A DNA stretch of 62,540 nucleotides, filler included. It is 6 parts of 6 records of this genome, joined end to end, with 100 filler letters (N's around TTAATTAATTAA, not from the genome) between each part and the next. Parts side by side here need not be neighbours in the genome. Positions count along the whole stretch, not along the records: positions 41,096 to 45,205 come from SRR33789315_80; positions 45,306 to 55,788 come from SRR33789315_81; 4 more parts are not named here. One strand, written 5' to 3'. Numbering within the stretch: position 1 is the first letter of the stretch; every line of letters begins with the position of its first letter. The notes under the pieces are model-generated. The model searched no databases. It was not told where the DNA came from and saw only the letters and a list, made by a program, of their open reading frames with translations. This document shows positions 43,269 through 53,459 of this stretch, piece by piece. Both the position numbers and the translations under genes were made by a program.

Positions 43269-45161
43269 TCAAATCTTTGTTGATGCAAACACAATTTTTA
43301 AGAAATAGTATACTTCTTTTTCGGTTTTATAATCTTTGATATACTGAAATTCTTCTTCTGTTTTTGATTCGGAATTGGCCAATAAATCTGCCAAAGTAAA
43401 AATGGCATGGCTAGGTATGTTTTCTTCTTGAATATTCTGACTAACACCTATCCAAGTATATTTTTTGAATAGAACATTAGATAAGTTTTTAAGCACTTTT
43501 CTACCGTTCGGAAATAAAAGAAGCAATGGAAATATAAATAAGCTAAGAATTGTGGCAGAAAGGTCAAATAAGCGTTTGTTGCGTCGGTTTTTTCTTAATC
43601 CGATGAAGTTTTGGCTGCTGATGTAAATCTGACCCCTAGAATGAATGGAACTGCTGCCAATGATAAAAGTGCTACCAGCTGGTGCAATTTTAATTTCGGG
43701 CTGTTGTTTTAGCGGTAAACTCATGCATTGCATAATGGTTTTTGCTGAGTAGCTTTCGCCAGAGAAGATGATTTCATCGGGCTTTTCACTTTCAATTATT
43801 TCTGCAAATCCGCTAAGCAACTGTTCTTCTTTAATGTGATTTATTTCAACCACTTTTAATTTTTTACCTAGTAAATCTTGCAATTTCGATTTTAATACAC
43901 TGGCTTGCTCGCCGTACCCAATACAGGCTACCTTTTTTACTTTTCTAGATAAAAAGAAAGAACTTTTAAATAAGGCATCTGATAACCTACGGCTTACCAA
44001 ACTAAAAATGGCCATAGACGGAATATACAGCAGCATAACCAACCTGCTAAAGCGAAGTGTTTCTGGAAGTAATGAATAACAAGAAAGGCTAATTAAACCT
44101 AATGGTAGAATCCATTTAAGCCAAGCTTTAAGAAAATCGGGTTTGTTATAAATGCCTAAAAAAACTGCCGCCAACACGCTAACGGTAGATTGCAAACTAC
44201 CCGTTATATATAGTACATTTTGTGGGGTGTATTTTCCAGAAAATTCGGAAAGAACAAGAAGTAGTAAGAAGGAGGCTAAACCATCTAATAATGGCCAAAA
44301 AAGGGTGCTTACTATTCTTTTGCCTATGCTTAAAAGCATTCTTAAGTAAACGGCCATAAGAATGATTAATCGAAATAGCGAAGAATAGGATTTGCTAAAA
44401 TGTTTTTCGGCAAAAATTATCATGGCCTGATAAAATACCTTGACGTAATTTAAGCTTCCTTTTTTGGTGCTTTCTCCCTTATAGTGGATTATTTTGGTAT
44501 CCGGATAATAGTAGTTTTTATATCCGGCAAGAATAAATCGGTAACTTAAATCAATGTCTTCACCATACATGAAAAAACTTTCATCGAGATAGCCAATTTG
44601 ATTTAAAACTTCACGAGACATCCACATATAGGCACCAGGTAAAATTTCAATTTCATGGGTTTCGTTTTCATCTAAATAGCTAAGGTGATATTTACCAAAA
44701 CGTTTAGAATTTTTGAAAAGAGACGATAAACCAAAGATTTTGTAAAAAGCAACGGCTGGGGTAGGTAAGCCCCTTTTAGACTCAGGTAGAAACCGACCTA
44801 AACCATCTATCATTTTTACGGTAAGTGATCCGAATTTTTCTTTTTTCTCAGCAAATTCAAAGCACAAGTCAAAACAGTTTTCTTCTACTACCGTATCGGG
44901 GTTTAAAAGTAAAACATATTTACCAGTGCTTTTAGCTATAGCTTGGTTATTGGCAATACTAAAACCAACATTATCTTTGTTACAGATTTGCTTAACCCAA
45001 GGAAACTTCTCCGTAACCATTTCCATGCTTCCATCTACTGAAGCATTATCAACTACAAATACCTCGGTATTTAGGTTTTTAGTTGCTTTAGCTACAGAAA
45101 GCAGGCACTGTTCTAAGAAGTGTTTTACGTTATAATTAACTATTACAATACTTAGATCCAT
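43269..45161 (-). CDS. GT2 glycosyltransferase with membrane and C-terminal accessory domains
   Basis: SIVIVNYN, VVDNASVDGS, LLLNPDT, FFMYGEDIDL. Confidence 0.9.
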   Translation of the reverse strand: MDLSIVIVNYNVKHFLEQCLLSVAKATKNLNTEVFVVDNASVDGSMEMVTEKFPWVKQICNKDNVGFSIANNQAIAKSTGKYVLLLNPDTVVEENCFDLCFEFAEKKEKFGSLTVKMIDGLGRFLPESKRGLPTPAVAFYKIFGLSSLFKNSKRFGKYHLSYLDENETHEIEILPGAYMWMSREVLNQIGYLDESFFMYGEDIDLSYRFILAGYKNYYYPDTKIIHYKGESTKKGSLNYVKVFYQAMIIFAEKHFSKSYSSLFRLIILMAVYLRMLLSIGKRIVSTLFWPLLDGLASFLLLLVLSEFSGKYTPQNVLYITGSLQSTVSVLAAVFLGIYNKPDFLKAWLKWILPLGLISLSCYSLLPETLRFSRLVMLLYIPSMAIFSLVSRRLSDALFKSSFFLSRKVKKVACIGYGEQASVLKSKLQDLLGKKLKVVEINHIKEEQLLSGFAEIIESEKPDEIIFSGESYSAKTIMQCMSLPLKQQPEIKIAPAGSTFIIGSSSIHSRGQIYISSQNFIGLRKNRRNKRLFDLSATILSLFIFPLLLLFPNGRKVLKNLSNVLFKKYTWIGVSQNIQEENIPSHAIFTLADLLANSESKTEEEFQYIKDYKTEKEVYYFLKIVFASTKI

Positions 45162-45205
45162 TAAGCAAAAGGTGTACGGTTTTCTATTGATTTTCCGAGC
45201 GTGAG
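45161..45205 (-). CDS. recR: RecR C-terminal fragment
   Basis: LTLGKSIENRTPFA* resembles RecR C-terminus; TAATG overlap with GT2; only 14 aa visible. Confidence 0.55.
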   Translation of the reverse strand, partial: LTLGKSIENRTPFA

Positions 45206-45305
45206 NNNNNNNNNNNNNNNNNNNNNNNNNNNNNNNNNNNNNNNNNNNNTTAATTAATTAANNNNNNNNNNNNNNNNNNNNNNNNNNNNNNNNNNNNNNN
45301 NNNNN
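45206..45305. other. Artificial contig spacer
   Basis: N44-TTAATTAATTAA-N44. Confidence 0.99.
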
Positions 45306-45360
45306 GACGAAAATCGACTTTTTTGACAGCCTCTTGAAAATAGACACTTAACTTAACCTA

Positions 45361-45990
45361 TTATGCATTTAAGATGGCATGTAATTCTTTAGCGGCTGCG
45401 GCAGGATCTGCTGCACCATAAATGGCTGCTCCGGCTACGGCTACGACTACGCCAGCCTCTTTAACGGCTTTAATACTATCCTTATTTACACCGCCTGCAA
45501 TAGATACCGGTACACCAGCTCGTGCTGCCTCGTCTATTAACACCTGAATAGAGTAACCCGCTTCTGCTTGCTCATCCAGACCAGCATGTAATTCTACAAA
45601 TTCAACGCCCAATGCGGTTACTTCCTGTGCCCGTTTTACACGGTCTTTTACTCCTATGGTATCTACGACTACCGCTCTACCATATTCTTTAGCAGCTTTT
45701 ACGGCACCCACGATAGTCGAGTCTCCTGTAGCTCCTAAAATGGTGATATAATCTGCTCCTGCTTTAAAAGCCATACCAGCCTCTAACTCGCCAGCATCTG
45801 CTGTTTTAAAATCAGCAAAAACCATTTTATCTGGAAATGCTTTTTTCATTGCGGTAATAGCCGATAAGCCTTCGCTTTTAATAAGCGGTGTTCCCAGTTC
45901 TATAATGTCGATATAAGGTGCCACTTTTGTTGCCAAGGCAATGGCGTCTTCTATGCTTAATAAATCGATTGCTACTTGTAATTTAGCCAT
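45361..45990 (-). CDS. hxlA: 3-hexulose-6-phosphate synthase
   Basis: LQVAIDL, IIELGTPLIKSEG, ADFKTADAG, HAGLDEQ; adjacent to SIS isomerase. Confidence 0.93.
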   Translation of the reverse strand: MAKLQVAIDLLSIEDAIALATKVAPYIDIIELGTPLIKSEGLSAITAMKKAFPDKMVFADFKTADAGELEAGMAFKAGADYITILGATGDSTIVGAVKAAKEYGRAVVVDTIGVKDRVKRAQEVTALGVEFVELHAGLDEQAEAGYSIQVLIDEAARAGVPVSIAGGVNKDSIKAVKEAGVVVAVAGAAIYGAADPAAAAKELHAILNA

Positions 45991-46033
45991 AATGTTATCT
46001 TTAAATAATTGTTATAAATGAGGTAAATGTGTT

Positions 46034-46618
46034 CTATTCTAAGTTGGCGTGTCGCTTCCATAATTCGGATGCAGTACTCCCGTCCAGATCCCATAGGGCT
46101 TGTATGAGGGCATCAAAAACCAATAAAAGGGCTTGCTCAAAGAGGCTTCCTGCATATTGCGTAGAAATCTCTGTATTCTGTTTCTGCTTCTCTGCTGCGG
46201 GGATGGTAACTGTAAAGTCAGCCAAGGAGGCTACTGGTGAATGGGCGTCTGTGGTAAAACATACGATGCTGGCTGCTACGGTTTGGGCTTTTTCGGCAGC
46301 GCGTACAATACTACTGGTGGTACCTGACCCAGAACCGGCAAGCAATACATCGCCTTTGGTAATTGCCGGAGTGGTCGTCTCGCCCACAACATAGGCTTTA
46401 AAACCCAAATGCATTAAACGCATTGCGGCTGCTTTCATCATGAGTCCGCTGCGCCCCATCCCCATTAAAAAAACAGCATTCGCTTGTTTTATAACCGGGA
46501 TGATGGCCGCAATTTCATCATATCGAATCTGATCACGAAGTTTGAGGTGTTCTTCTAAGATAGTGGTCATCGCGTTAGTCACGAGTTGTTCTAAATCTTT
46601 GTCAATTGTGTGTTCCAT
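46034..46618 (-). CDS. hxlB: 6-phospho-3-hexuloisomerase
   Basis: GMGRSG, AMRLMHLG, VGETTTP, SGSG, GSLFEQ, RHANLE. Confidence 0.93.
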   Translation of the reverse strand: MEHTIDKDLEQLVTNAMTTILEEHLKLRDQIRYDEIAAIIPVIKQANAVFLMGMGRSGLMMKAAAMRLMHLGFKAYVVGETTTPAITKGDVLLAGSGSGTTSSIVRAAEKAQTVAASIVCFTTDAHSPVASLADFTVTIPAAEKQKQNTEISTQYAGSLFEQALLLVFDALIQALWDLDGSTASELWKRHANLE

Positions 46619-46690
46619 AGCTTGTTAGATCAAAGGCAATACAGTACCAAAATGCCGATACAAAGCTACGGGTAGACGCAGGCGTACAGG

Positions 46691-46775
46691 TTATACTATT
46701 TGGTAGATAAGTGGTACAATTTGCCAATAACCCTTAAAGTGGTGTTAATATGCTCTACTTTTATGGTACATTTTG
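46691..46775. promoter_or_regulatory. Direct repeats, candidate AraC-family binding sites
   Basis: TTATACTATTTG (46691), TGGTACAATTTG (46712, 21-bp period), TGGTACATTTTG (46764). Confidence 0.5.
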
Positions 46776-46834
46776 GAAACAGCTGGTTTATCTTTAAAAA
46801 CCAAAACCTTAACTTCCATTAAAAAACGATTCGT

Positions 46835-47677
46835 ATGCTTAGTGATCAGGTGTTGTATATACGCGATTTAGCCAATTGTCCGCCTTCCTATCTGGATGAC
46901 CCGGGACGTAAAGAGTTTTTTGAAATCGTGTGGTTGCATGATGAAGAAGCGCTGCACAAACCGCAACACAACTTTCAAACCTTAGTAGGCGACTGGATGT
47001 ATTTGATTCCTCCCTATCGCGTACATCAATTGAATAAAGCTGGTAAAAAAGGCGTATTGATTTCCTTTAAACAAGAGTTGCTGGAAGGTGACCTGAAAGA
47101 GTTTTTACTGGATGTGTTTCGTATGTTCAATATACAAGGGGAGTTTTCATGCTTGCAAGTAAATGAAGAAAGCGCCAAAGGATTGGTCTCTGTTTTTACA
47201 CTTTTAGAAGAAGAATACAAGCAAGAAACCTTTAATATGATTATGATAAAGGCCTTGCTTAAAGTGTTTCTTTTAAAATTGATCCAGTTAAAAGAGCAGC
47301 ATTTTACCTTACAAGATCTTAATGAAAAACGCGTGTATGCGTTTATGATGTTACTGGAAAACAATTATCAAGACGAACGAAATGCAGATTTTTATGCAGG
47401 CGAATTAGGGATTAGTCCCAAGCGCTTAAATCAAATTCTCAAGGAGAAATTAGCTAAAACCAGTGTGCAACTTATACACGACCGATTAATTCTAGAGGCT
47501 AAACGCCAAATTATACACAGTGAAAATACCATCAAAGAAATTGCCTATAAGCTGCAGTTTAAAGATCACTCCTATTTCAGTCGGTTTTTTAAATTACATA
47601 CGCAGCAAACCCCTCAAGAGTTTCAAAATAATGTAAAAGCGCATGTGATCGCTCATGAAAACACCTTGTATGTTTAA
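46835..47677 (+). CDS. AraC-family regulator divergent from hxlBA
   Basis: YAGELGISPKRLN...RLILEAKR...IKEIAY.L.FKDHSYFSRFFK. Confidence 0.92.
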   Translation: MLSDQVLYIRDLANCPPSYLDDPGRKEFFEIVWLHDEEALHKPQHNFQTLVGDWMYLIPPYRVHQLNKAGKKGVLISFKQELLEGDLKEFLLDVFRMFNIQGEFSCLQVNEESAKGLVSVFTLLEEEYKQETFNMIMIKALLKVFLLKLIQLKEQHFTLQDLNEKRVYAFMMLLENNYQDERNADFYAGELGISPKRLNQILKEKLAKTSVQLIHDRLILEAKRQIIHSENTIKEIAYKLQFKDHSYFSRFFKLHTQQTPQEFQNNVKAHVIAHENTLYV

Positions 47678-47815
47678 TTTTATAGCGCTTACGGTCTAAA
47701 CACAAATTAAAAAGAATGAAAAATACAATAATCCTTATCATGCTGGTTTTATGCTACACCATCGGTTCTAGTCAAAATAACAATGAAAAGGTTCTATAAA
47801 CACGTTGTGCATACT

Positions 47816-48380
47816 ATGAGAAATGTCCTGCCTCTATTACTTCTTCTTAATTTTTTGAGTTGTTTTTCTCAAGAAATTATGGACGTGGCATTAGCTGACA
47901 AAACAAAACTGATTAGTGAGAATGTTTATCAATTTCACTTAAAAACCAACAAATGGGATATTAAAAATTATCTCTACACACTTGATGAACAGCAAGTAAA
48001 AATTGACTCGCTGACCTTTGTTGAGCTTATACATAAAACCATAGAACAAGACCCCGAAAAATGGAGAAAAAGGGATTTTAAAAACATTTATCTCATTAAA
48101 AAAGGAGAAAAACTTTCATCAAAAAAGGTTTTATCTGAATTAGGTATCTATGACAATAAACAAATAAAATTAATAAAACGACAAATAAAACAATATAACA
48201 ACCGCCCAAATGAATGGAAAGGTTGGCCTTTGTCAATTTCCAAACCTATTTTTTTCAAATGACAACCAATTTTGCATCATCGGATTTGAATTTGGAAACA
48301 ATGGAGGATACACAGAATTATATAAAAGGTCTGAATCTGAATGGAAACAGATGGGAATATTCAACCGATTTGCATATTAA
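47816..48380 (+). pseudogene. Exported hypothetical protein, frameshifted at a T7 run (cassette 1)
   Basis: Signal peptide ending CFS/Q; removing one T at 48249-48255 gives ...SKPIFSNDNQFCIIG...NRFAY* ending at 48380. Confidence 0.7.
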
Positions 48381-48389
48381 AAAGCCAGC

Positions 48390-48527
48390 ACACAACATTG
48401 ACTTTAAGCCATAACTCTTGCCCTAATTAATACCTGTAAACCAACAAATAAGAAAACAACAGGCTTTTCCTACACAAATTATTTCTCATAAAATAATTAC
48501 CTTGTTGGGCATATAAACAAGTTGTGC
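48390..48527. repeat. attC-like imperfect palindrome 1 (138 bp)
   Basis: Left CACAAC-ATTG-ACTTTAAGCC; right GGCATATAAA-CAA-GTTGTG; starts about 10 nt after a stop codon. Confidence 0.65.
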
Positions 48528-48736
48528 ATAATGCGGAAAATCGAGCAAAACAATAAAATGTCGTACCGCAAAGCCAACCGCACAGTCAAGCACATTTCAT
48601 TTTTTTCGTGCCTCAAAAAATAAAAAGAGCTTGCCTTTTCCCACCACTCACTTTTTAGTATGATGATTTTAATACTCATTTAGTGAGATATTTAAAATAG
48701 TTCTTTACATTAGCGGACTGAATAAAAAATTCAAAA

Positions 48737-48937
48737 ATGAACCGAATAAAAGAGGTTTTAGAAATAAAAGGAATTAAACAGATCTGGTTAGCTGAACAAT
48801 TAGGTAAAAGTTATAATATGGTTAATTCTTATGTGCAGAATAGAAGACAACCTAGTATAGAAGATTTATTTAAAATAGCTAAAATATTAGGTGTGGAAGC
48901 ATCAGAACTAATAAATAACTCAAAATCTAATGATTGA
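48737..48937 (+). CDS. XRE HTH protein, candidate R-M controller
   Basis: MNRIKEVL..KGIKQIWLAEQLGKSYNMVNSYVQNRRQPS; overlaps MTase start. Confidence 0.88.
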   Translation: MNRIKEVLEIKGIKQIWLAEQLGKSYNMVNSYVQNRRQPSIEDLFKIAKILGVEASELINNSKSND

Positions 48938-50123
48938 AACTAAAATAAAATTAAAAAGTTCTGTTCAGTTCATTAAATATATGGGGTCAAAAACAAAATT
49001 ACTCCCATTTGTAATAAATGGCATTGAAGAAGCTTATAATGGTGGCGTCATTTGTGACTTATTTGCTGGTTCTTGTTCTCTCTCAGGAGCAATAGGGGAA
49101 CAATTCCCTATTGTTTCTAATGATATTCAAGCATATTCTTCGGTCATTGCTAAAGCCTATTTAACAGATTGGAATGATTGTAAAGTTAATTCCAAAATGG
49201 TAATGGAAATAGCCAAAGAATATCATAAAAAACATTATTCAACTTTATTGAACGATTTAAGACATACGGAGAATAGTAGTCTAAAAGAATTTAACAGAAT
49301 TGAAAAATTAAACCAAAATTTAATAAATCAAGAGTTCGACAATACCTGGCATTTGTTTACTAAAAATTATTCAGGTACTTGGTGGAGTGCAGAACAATGT
49401 ACTTGGATCGACTCAATTCGGAAAGCCATTGAAGACCTAAAAGCAAACCCAGCATATAACACGATGCTTGGGGCGTTAATGTATGCGATGGCATATAATA
49501 GTCAGGGTACTGGACATTACGCACAATATAGAGACGCAAAAACTGATTCTTCTATGAAAGATATTTTAATCTATAGAAAGAAAAGTATAATTGATTATTT
49601 TGAGCGTAAACTTGATTCTGCACTAGAAGCACTCCCTTCAATTCAACCTAAACTAAAGCACGAGGTTTATACATTAGATTACTTGGATTGTCTTAAAAAT
49701 TTAAAAAGCGCTACAGTTTATGCTGATCCGCCCTATTGTTTTGTTCATTATAGCAGGTTTTATCACGCAATAGAAACTTTAGTTTTATATGATTATCCTG
49801 AAATACAACACAAAAATAAAAAAATGGTAAAAGGACGTTATCGAGAAGATAGACATCAATCTCCTTTTAGCATTAAGTCGAAAGTAAAAAATGCTTTTAT
49901 CGATATGTTTGAAATTATAGCAAAAAATAACTCTTCATTAGTTCTTAGCTATAGTGATACAGGAATGATTGAAATTGATGACTTACTAAAAATTACTAAA
50001 GAAGTATTTAAGAAACATACCGTTTCTGTCAAGACTCTTGATTATACCCATATGACTATGGGGCGTAAAGGTGATAGAGACCGAATGGTCAAAGAAAAAT
50101 TAATAATTGTAAAACCTATATAA
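48930..50123 (+). CDS. DNA amino-methyltransferase (D12/Dam-like, probably m6A)
   Basis: KYMGSK, motif I DLFAGSC, motif IV YADPPY (alpha order). Confidence 0.9.
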   Translation: MIETKIKLKSSVQFIKYMGSKTKLLPFVINGIEEAYNGGVICDLFAGSCSLSGAIGEQFPIVSNDIQAYSSVIAKAYLTDWNDCKVNSKMVMEIAKEYHKKHYSTLLNDLRHTENSSLKEFNRIEKLNQNLINQEFDNTWHLFTKNYSGTWWSAEQCTWIDSIRKAIEDLKANPAYNTMLGALMYAMAYNSQGTGHYAQYRDAKTDSSMKDILIYRKKSIIDYFERKLDSALEALPSIQPKLKHEVYTLDYLDCLKNLKSATVYADPPYCFVHYSRFYHAIETLVLYDYPEIQHKNKKMVKGRYREDRHQSPFSIKSKVKNAFIDMFEIIAKNNSSLVLSYSDTGMIEIDDLLKITKEVFKKHTVSVKTLDYTHMTMGRKGDRDRMVKEKLIIVKPI

Positions 50124-50124
50124 T

Positions 50125-51768
50125 ATGGCTATTGGACTTGATGGACACACAGTTTCATTAACAAAAAACGGATATTTTAAATTAGTCAGTTTAATTAAAA
50201 AATATCCTAGTACAGAGATACTTAATCATTTAGATGAGATAAAGCTAGACAGTACACAGGCTAGAAAAATGCTAGCAGGAGATAAAAATAATGTATTACC
50301 AAATGCTTGGGACTCAGTCAGAAAATTTGATAATGCGAGTCAGTACGCCTTACTACTTGTTTCAATTATTTATAGCCATAAAGATTTAATTGAACTTTTC
50401 AAAAACTCAACAAATTTGGAAATGCAAGGTGTAATTTACAGAAAAGACACTGATGGCAAAACATATACAAACTTAGCATATGCCTTAAATGAGGCAGGTG
50501 TCGCTACTGATTTCAGTGCAGGTAGTGATAAAACATCTTACGATTTTACACCAATTCTAGCTAAGAATGAGATTGGACCATTGGCAAAAGAAATATTGAG
50601 TGGACATCTTAAAAATATGGGATGGTTTGAACCTAGTTCAAATGAACCTTTTCAAAGAGATTTCTATGAACAACTGAATTCTTATGAATTGAATAAAGTC
50701 CTTGGTTTATCCTTTATACAATTTCAAGAATGGCTTGAAGGTAAGAATGTTGCTAAAACAATTAGTAATATATCATTATTTAATACTAGGAAAACAATCT
50801 ATTTTGGTGCACCTGGAACGGGTAAATCATATAAAGTAAAGGAAATTTTAAAAGAAAAAGGAGATAGAACAAAAAGAATAACATTTCATCCAGAATATGA
50901 TTACGCTTCTTTTATAGGAGGTTTCAAACCAATATCTGAAAAAGACCCAATTTCTGGGCTAGATGAAATCAAATACAAATTTGTTCCACAAATATTTACA
51001 AATATTTATATTGATGCTTGGCAAAATGAATTTCAAGATTATTTCTTAGTAATTGAAGAAATTAACAGAGGAAACTGTGCCGAAATCTTTGGAGATACAT
51101 TTCAATTATTAGATGAAGGTTATGAAATTACACCTTCAAACGAGTTAGCTAGTCATTTAGAAAAAGAGCTAACTGAAAAAGGTTATAATGGGTTTGTAAA
51201 TGGTAAAATGCAATTACCATCAAACCTAAGTTTATTAGCCACTATGAATACTTCTGACCAATCTTTATTTCCTATGGATAGTGCATTCAAAAGAAGATGG
51301 GATTGGGAATATATACCTATTTGTTATACACCAATTGACGATTTTAATAAGAAAAATGTTTCATTCGATTTCAAAATTGATATTGCAGATGGCAATGAAT
51401 ATAGCTGGATTAAATTTATTGAAAAAATAAACTTAAATCATATAAAAAACAATCAGTCATTAGGTATGGATAAATGTATTGGTAATTATTTTATGAAACC
51501 AGATACAGATAAAACAATATCATTAAATCCATTTATAAACAAAGTAATTTTCTATTTATGGAATGACGTTTTCAAAGATGAAGAAAATAAAGTGTTTGAA
51601 GAAAACACTTCATACGAAGATTTCTTTCCAATGGATATTAAAGGCAAAACAAAAATCAAAGAATTATTCGACAGAATAGAATTAAAACCTATCCAAAACT
51701 TAGAGATTAAAGAAGATGACGCTCAACTTAGGCAAGTGGCAGAAGATAAAGAAGGACTTGATTCTTAA
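50125..51768 (+). CDS. McrB-like AAA+ GTPase with unrecognised N-terminal domain
   Basis: GAPGTGKS, ITFHPEYDYASFIGGFKP, IEEINRG, ATMNTSD, MDSAFKRRW. Confidence 0.92.
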   Translation: MAIGLDGHTVSLTKNGYFKLVSLIKKYPSTEILNHLDEIKLDSTQARKMLAGDKNNVLPNAWDSVRKFDNASQYALLLVSIIYSHKDLIELFKNSTNLEMQGVIYRKDTDGKTYTNLAYALNEAGVATDFSAGSDKTSYDFTPILAKNEIGPLAKEILSGHLKNMGWFEPSSNEPFQRDFYEQLNSYELNKVLGLSFIQFQEWLEGKNVAKTISNISLFNTRKTIYFGAPGTGKSYKVKEILKEKGDRTKRITFHPEYDYASFIGGFKPISEKDPISGLDEIKYKFVPQIFTNIYIDAWQNEFQDYFLVIEEINRGNCAEIFGDTFQLLDEGYEITPSNELASHLEKELTEKGYNGFVNGKMQLPSNLSLLATMNTSDQSLFPMDSAFKRRWDWEYIPICYTPIDDFNKKNVSFDFKIDIADGNEYSWIKFIEKINLNHIKNNQSLGMDKCIGNYFMKPDTDKTISLNPFINKVIFYLWNDVFKDEENKVFEENTSYEDFFPMDIKGKTKIKELFDRIELKPIQNLEIKEDDAQLRQVAEDKEGLDS

Positions 51769-51770
51769 AA

Positions 51771-53459
51771 ATGAAAATACTAATTGAAAACGAAATATAT
51801 CCGATTGAATTACTTCAAGAAGTGTTCGCTGACCCAAAATTTTATAAACAAAACGGTTTAGATGGGACAATTACCTCTGTAGGATATTACCATTCTTTTG
51901 AGAAAAATAGTTTGGTGTTTATGTTACCAAAAGTTTTTATGAAGGAAGAAAATAAAACTGTTTTTGGTTGTTCAAAAAAAGAATTAGTAGATTTAATTTT
52001 AGATGAATCCATAAAACATAAAACACAATATAATTGGGTTCGCCAATTATCCGTACATTTTTATAAAAGTCTAATTGAGTTCAGAAAGAGATCCGATGAT
52101 ACATCTATAATTCATAATATCGAAACTTTTGAATTAAACACAAATTTAAACCTTAAAGAATATTCTTATCTAGATCTATTACTGTCTTTCGTAAATTTTT
52201 ACAAAAAGAATAAAAACCATATTTTATATAAACATATTGAGTACAATTCAAACCAAGCAATAAAACCAAAATGGGAAAAAACAATAAGAAAATCATTACC
52301 CATTCTAAATTCAAATAATATACCTATCTATGTTTCAATAAGAAATAAAATAAAAACTGTAAATACAGAAGAAGAATTATTGACATACTTTTTTTCTATT
52401 CTAAACAACTTCAACCACGTACATAAACTTAATTTAAGAATTGATAAATCATTTTCAATAATAAAGGGTAAGTCATTTAAAAATCTTCAATCAAATGGTC
52501 TTTCTAAACTACGAAAAATCAAGTATCGATATTTTAATGACACTTTAAAGAGAATGTACACCTTATGTGAAATATATTTTTCTCAAACAGATAAGAGTAG
52601 CTCAAAAAGAAAAAGGGAGGATTTTTTATCGGTAAATAATTATAATATCGTATTTGAAGATATGGTAGATAAATTATTCTCTGACGAGTTAAATGATACT
52701 GAAGTAAACAATGTATCTCTTAAAGATTTGAAAAAAAATGACGATGGGAAGATAATTGACCATATTTATGACTATCAGTCCATTATAGACACTAGCAATA
52801 TTTTTTATATTGGAGATTCAAAATATTACAAATCAAATAGTGAAGCAGGGAAATTATCTAAATATAAGCAATTCACGTATGCGAAAAATGTTATTCAGTT
52901 CAATATAGATTTATTGAATGAAGATAAGGATAAGCCTTATAAAAAGAGTATTAAATATAGAGACGAAATAACAGAAGGTTATAATATTACACCTAACTTT
53001 TTCATTTATGGTTATATAGAAGATGAAGATAATTTTGATGAACACTTGATTGAAAAAAAGACAGAATTACCAATCAAATCTTATCATTTTAAAGAACGGT
53101 TATTTGATAGAGACACGCTTTTTGTTCATCAGTATAAAATTAATTTTTTGTACGTTTTAAAAGCATACACTAGCTTTAATTCAACAAATACTCAAGAGTT
53201 CAGAAAGGAAGTAAAAAGAGGCTTTAGAAAACATTTTATTGACTTCTTTAATAATTCTAAAAGCTGTGAGTTTGAGTTCTATAAATGCAAATCTAAAACA
53301 GAAGAAAAATATAAATCTATTGTAACGGACAATTTTAAATCCTTAAATGGTAAATGTTATGTGAATATGGAAAATGAATTAATTTTAGCGAAACATATTG
53401 AAGACACTATAGTTAAATCTATTATGGACGAGTTTGAAGTAATGACTGAATTACTATAA
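51771..53459 (+). CDS. LlaJI-family / McrC-like restriction endonuclease subunit
   Basis: VFEDMVD, IIDHIY...IGDSKYYK...KQFTYA, a PD-(D/E)xK-type core; follows McrB-like gene. Confidence 0.82.
   Translation: MKILIENEIYPIELLQEVFADPKFYKQNGLDGTITSVGYYHSFEKNSLVFMLPKVFMKEENKTVFGCSKKELVDLILDESIKHKTQYNWVRQLSVHFYKSLIEFRKRSDDTSIIHNIETFELNTNLNLKEYSYLDLLLSFVNFYKKNKNHILYKHIEYNSNQAIKPKWEKTIRKSLPILNSNNIPIYVSIRNKIKTVNTEEELLTYFFSILNNFNHVHKLNLRIDKSFSIIKGKSFKNLQSNGLSKLRKIKYRYFNDTLKRMYTLCEIYFSQTDKSSSKRKREDFLSVNNYNIVFEDMVDKLFSDELNDTEVNNVSLKDLKKNDDGKIIDHIYDYQSIIDTSNIFYIGDSKYYKSNSEAGKLSKYKQFTYAKNVIQFNIDLLNEDKDKPYKKSIKYRDEITEGYNITPNFFIYGYIEDEDNFDEHLIEKKTELPIKSYHFKERLFDRDTLFVHQYKINFLYVLKAYTSFNSTNTQEFRKEVKRGFRKHFIDFFNNSKSCEFEFYKCKSKTEEKYKSIVTDNFKSLNGKCYVNMENELILAKHIEDTIVKSIMDEFEVMTELL

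Noticed and set aside
45306-45333. ACTTTTTTGACAGCCTC at the contig 5 start, resembling an IS/MITE terminal repeat
   Set aside because: Only one end is visible, with no partner or transposase.
48214-48679. ORFs 48214-48414 (+) and 48497-48679 (-)
   Set aside because: The first is the wrong frame over the frameshifted gene's tail; the second spans the palindrome arm and hairpin element.
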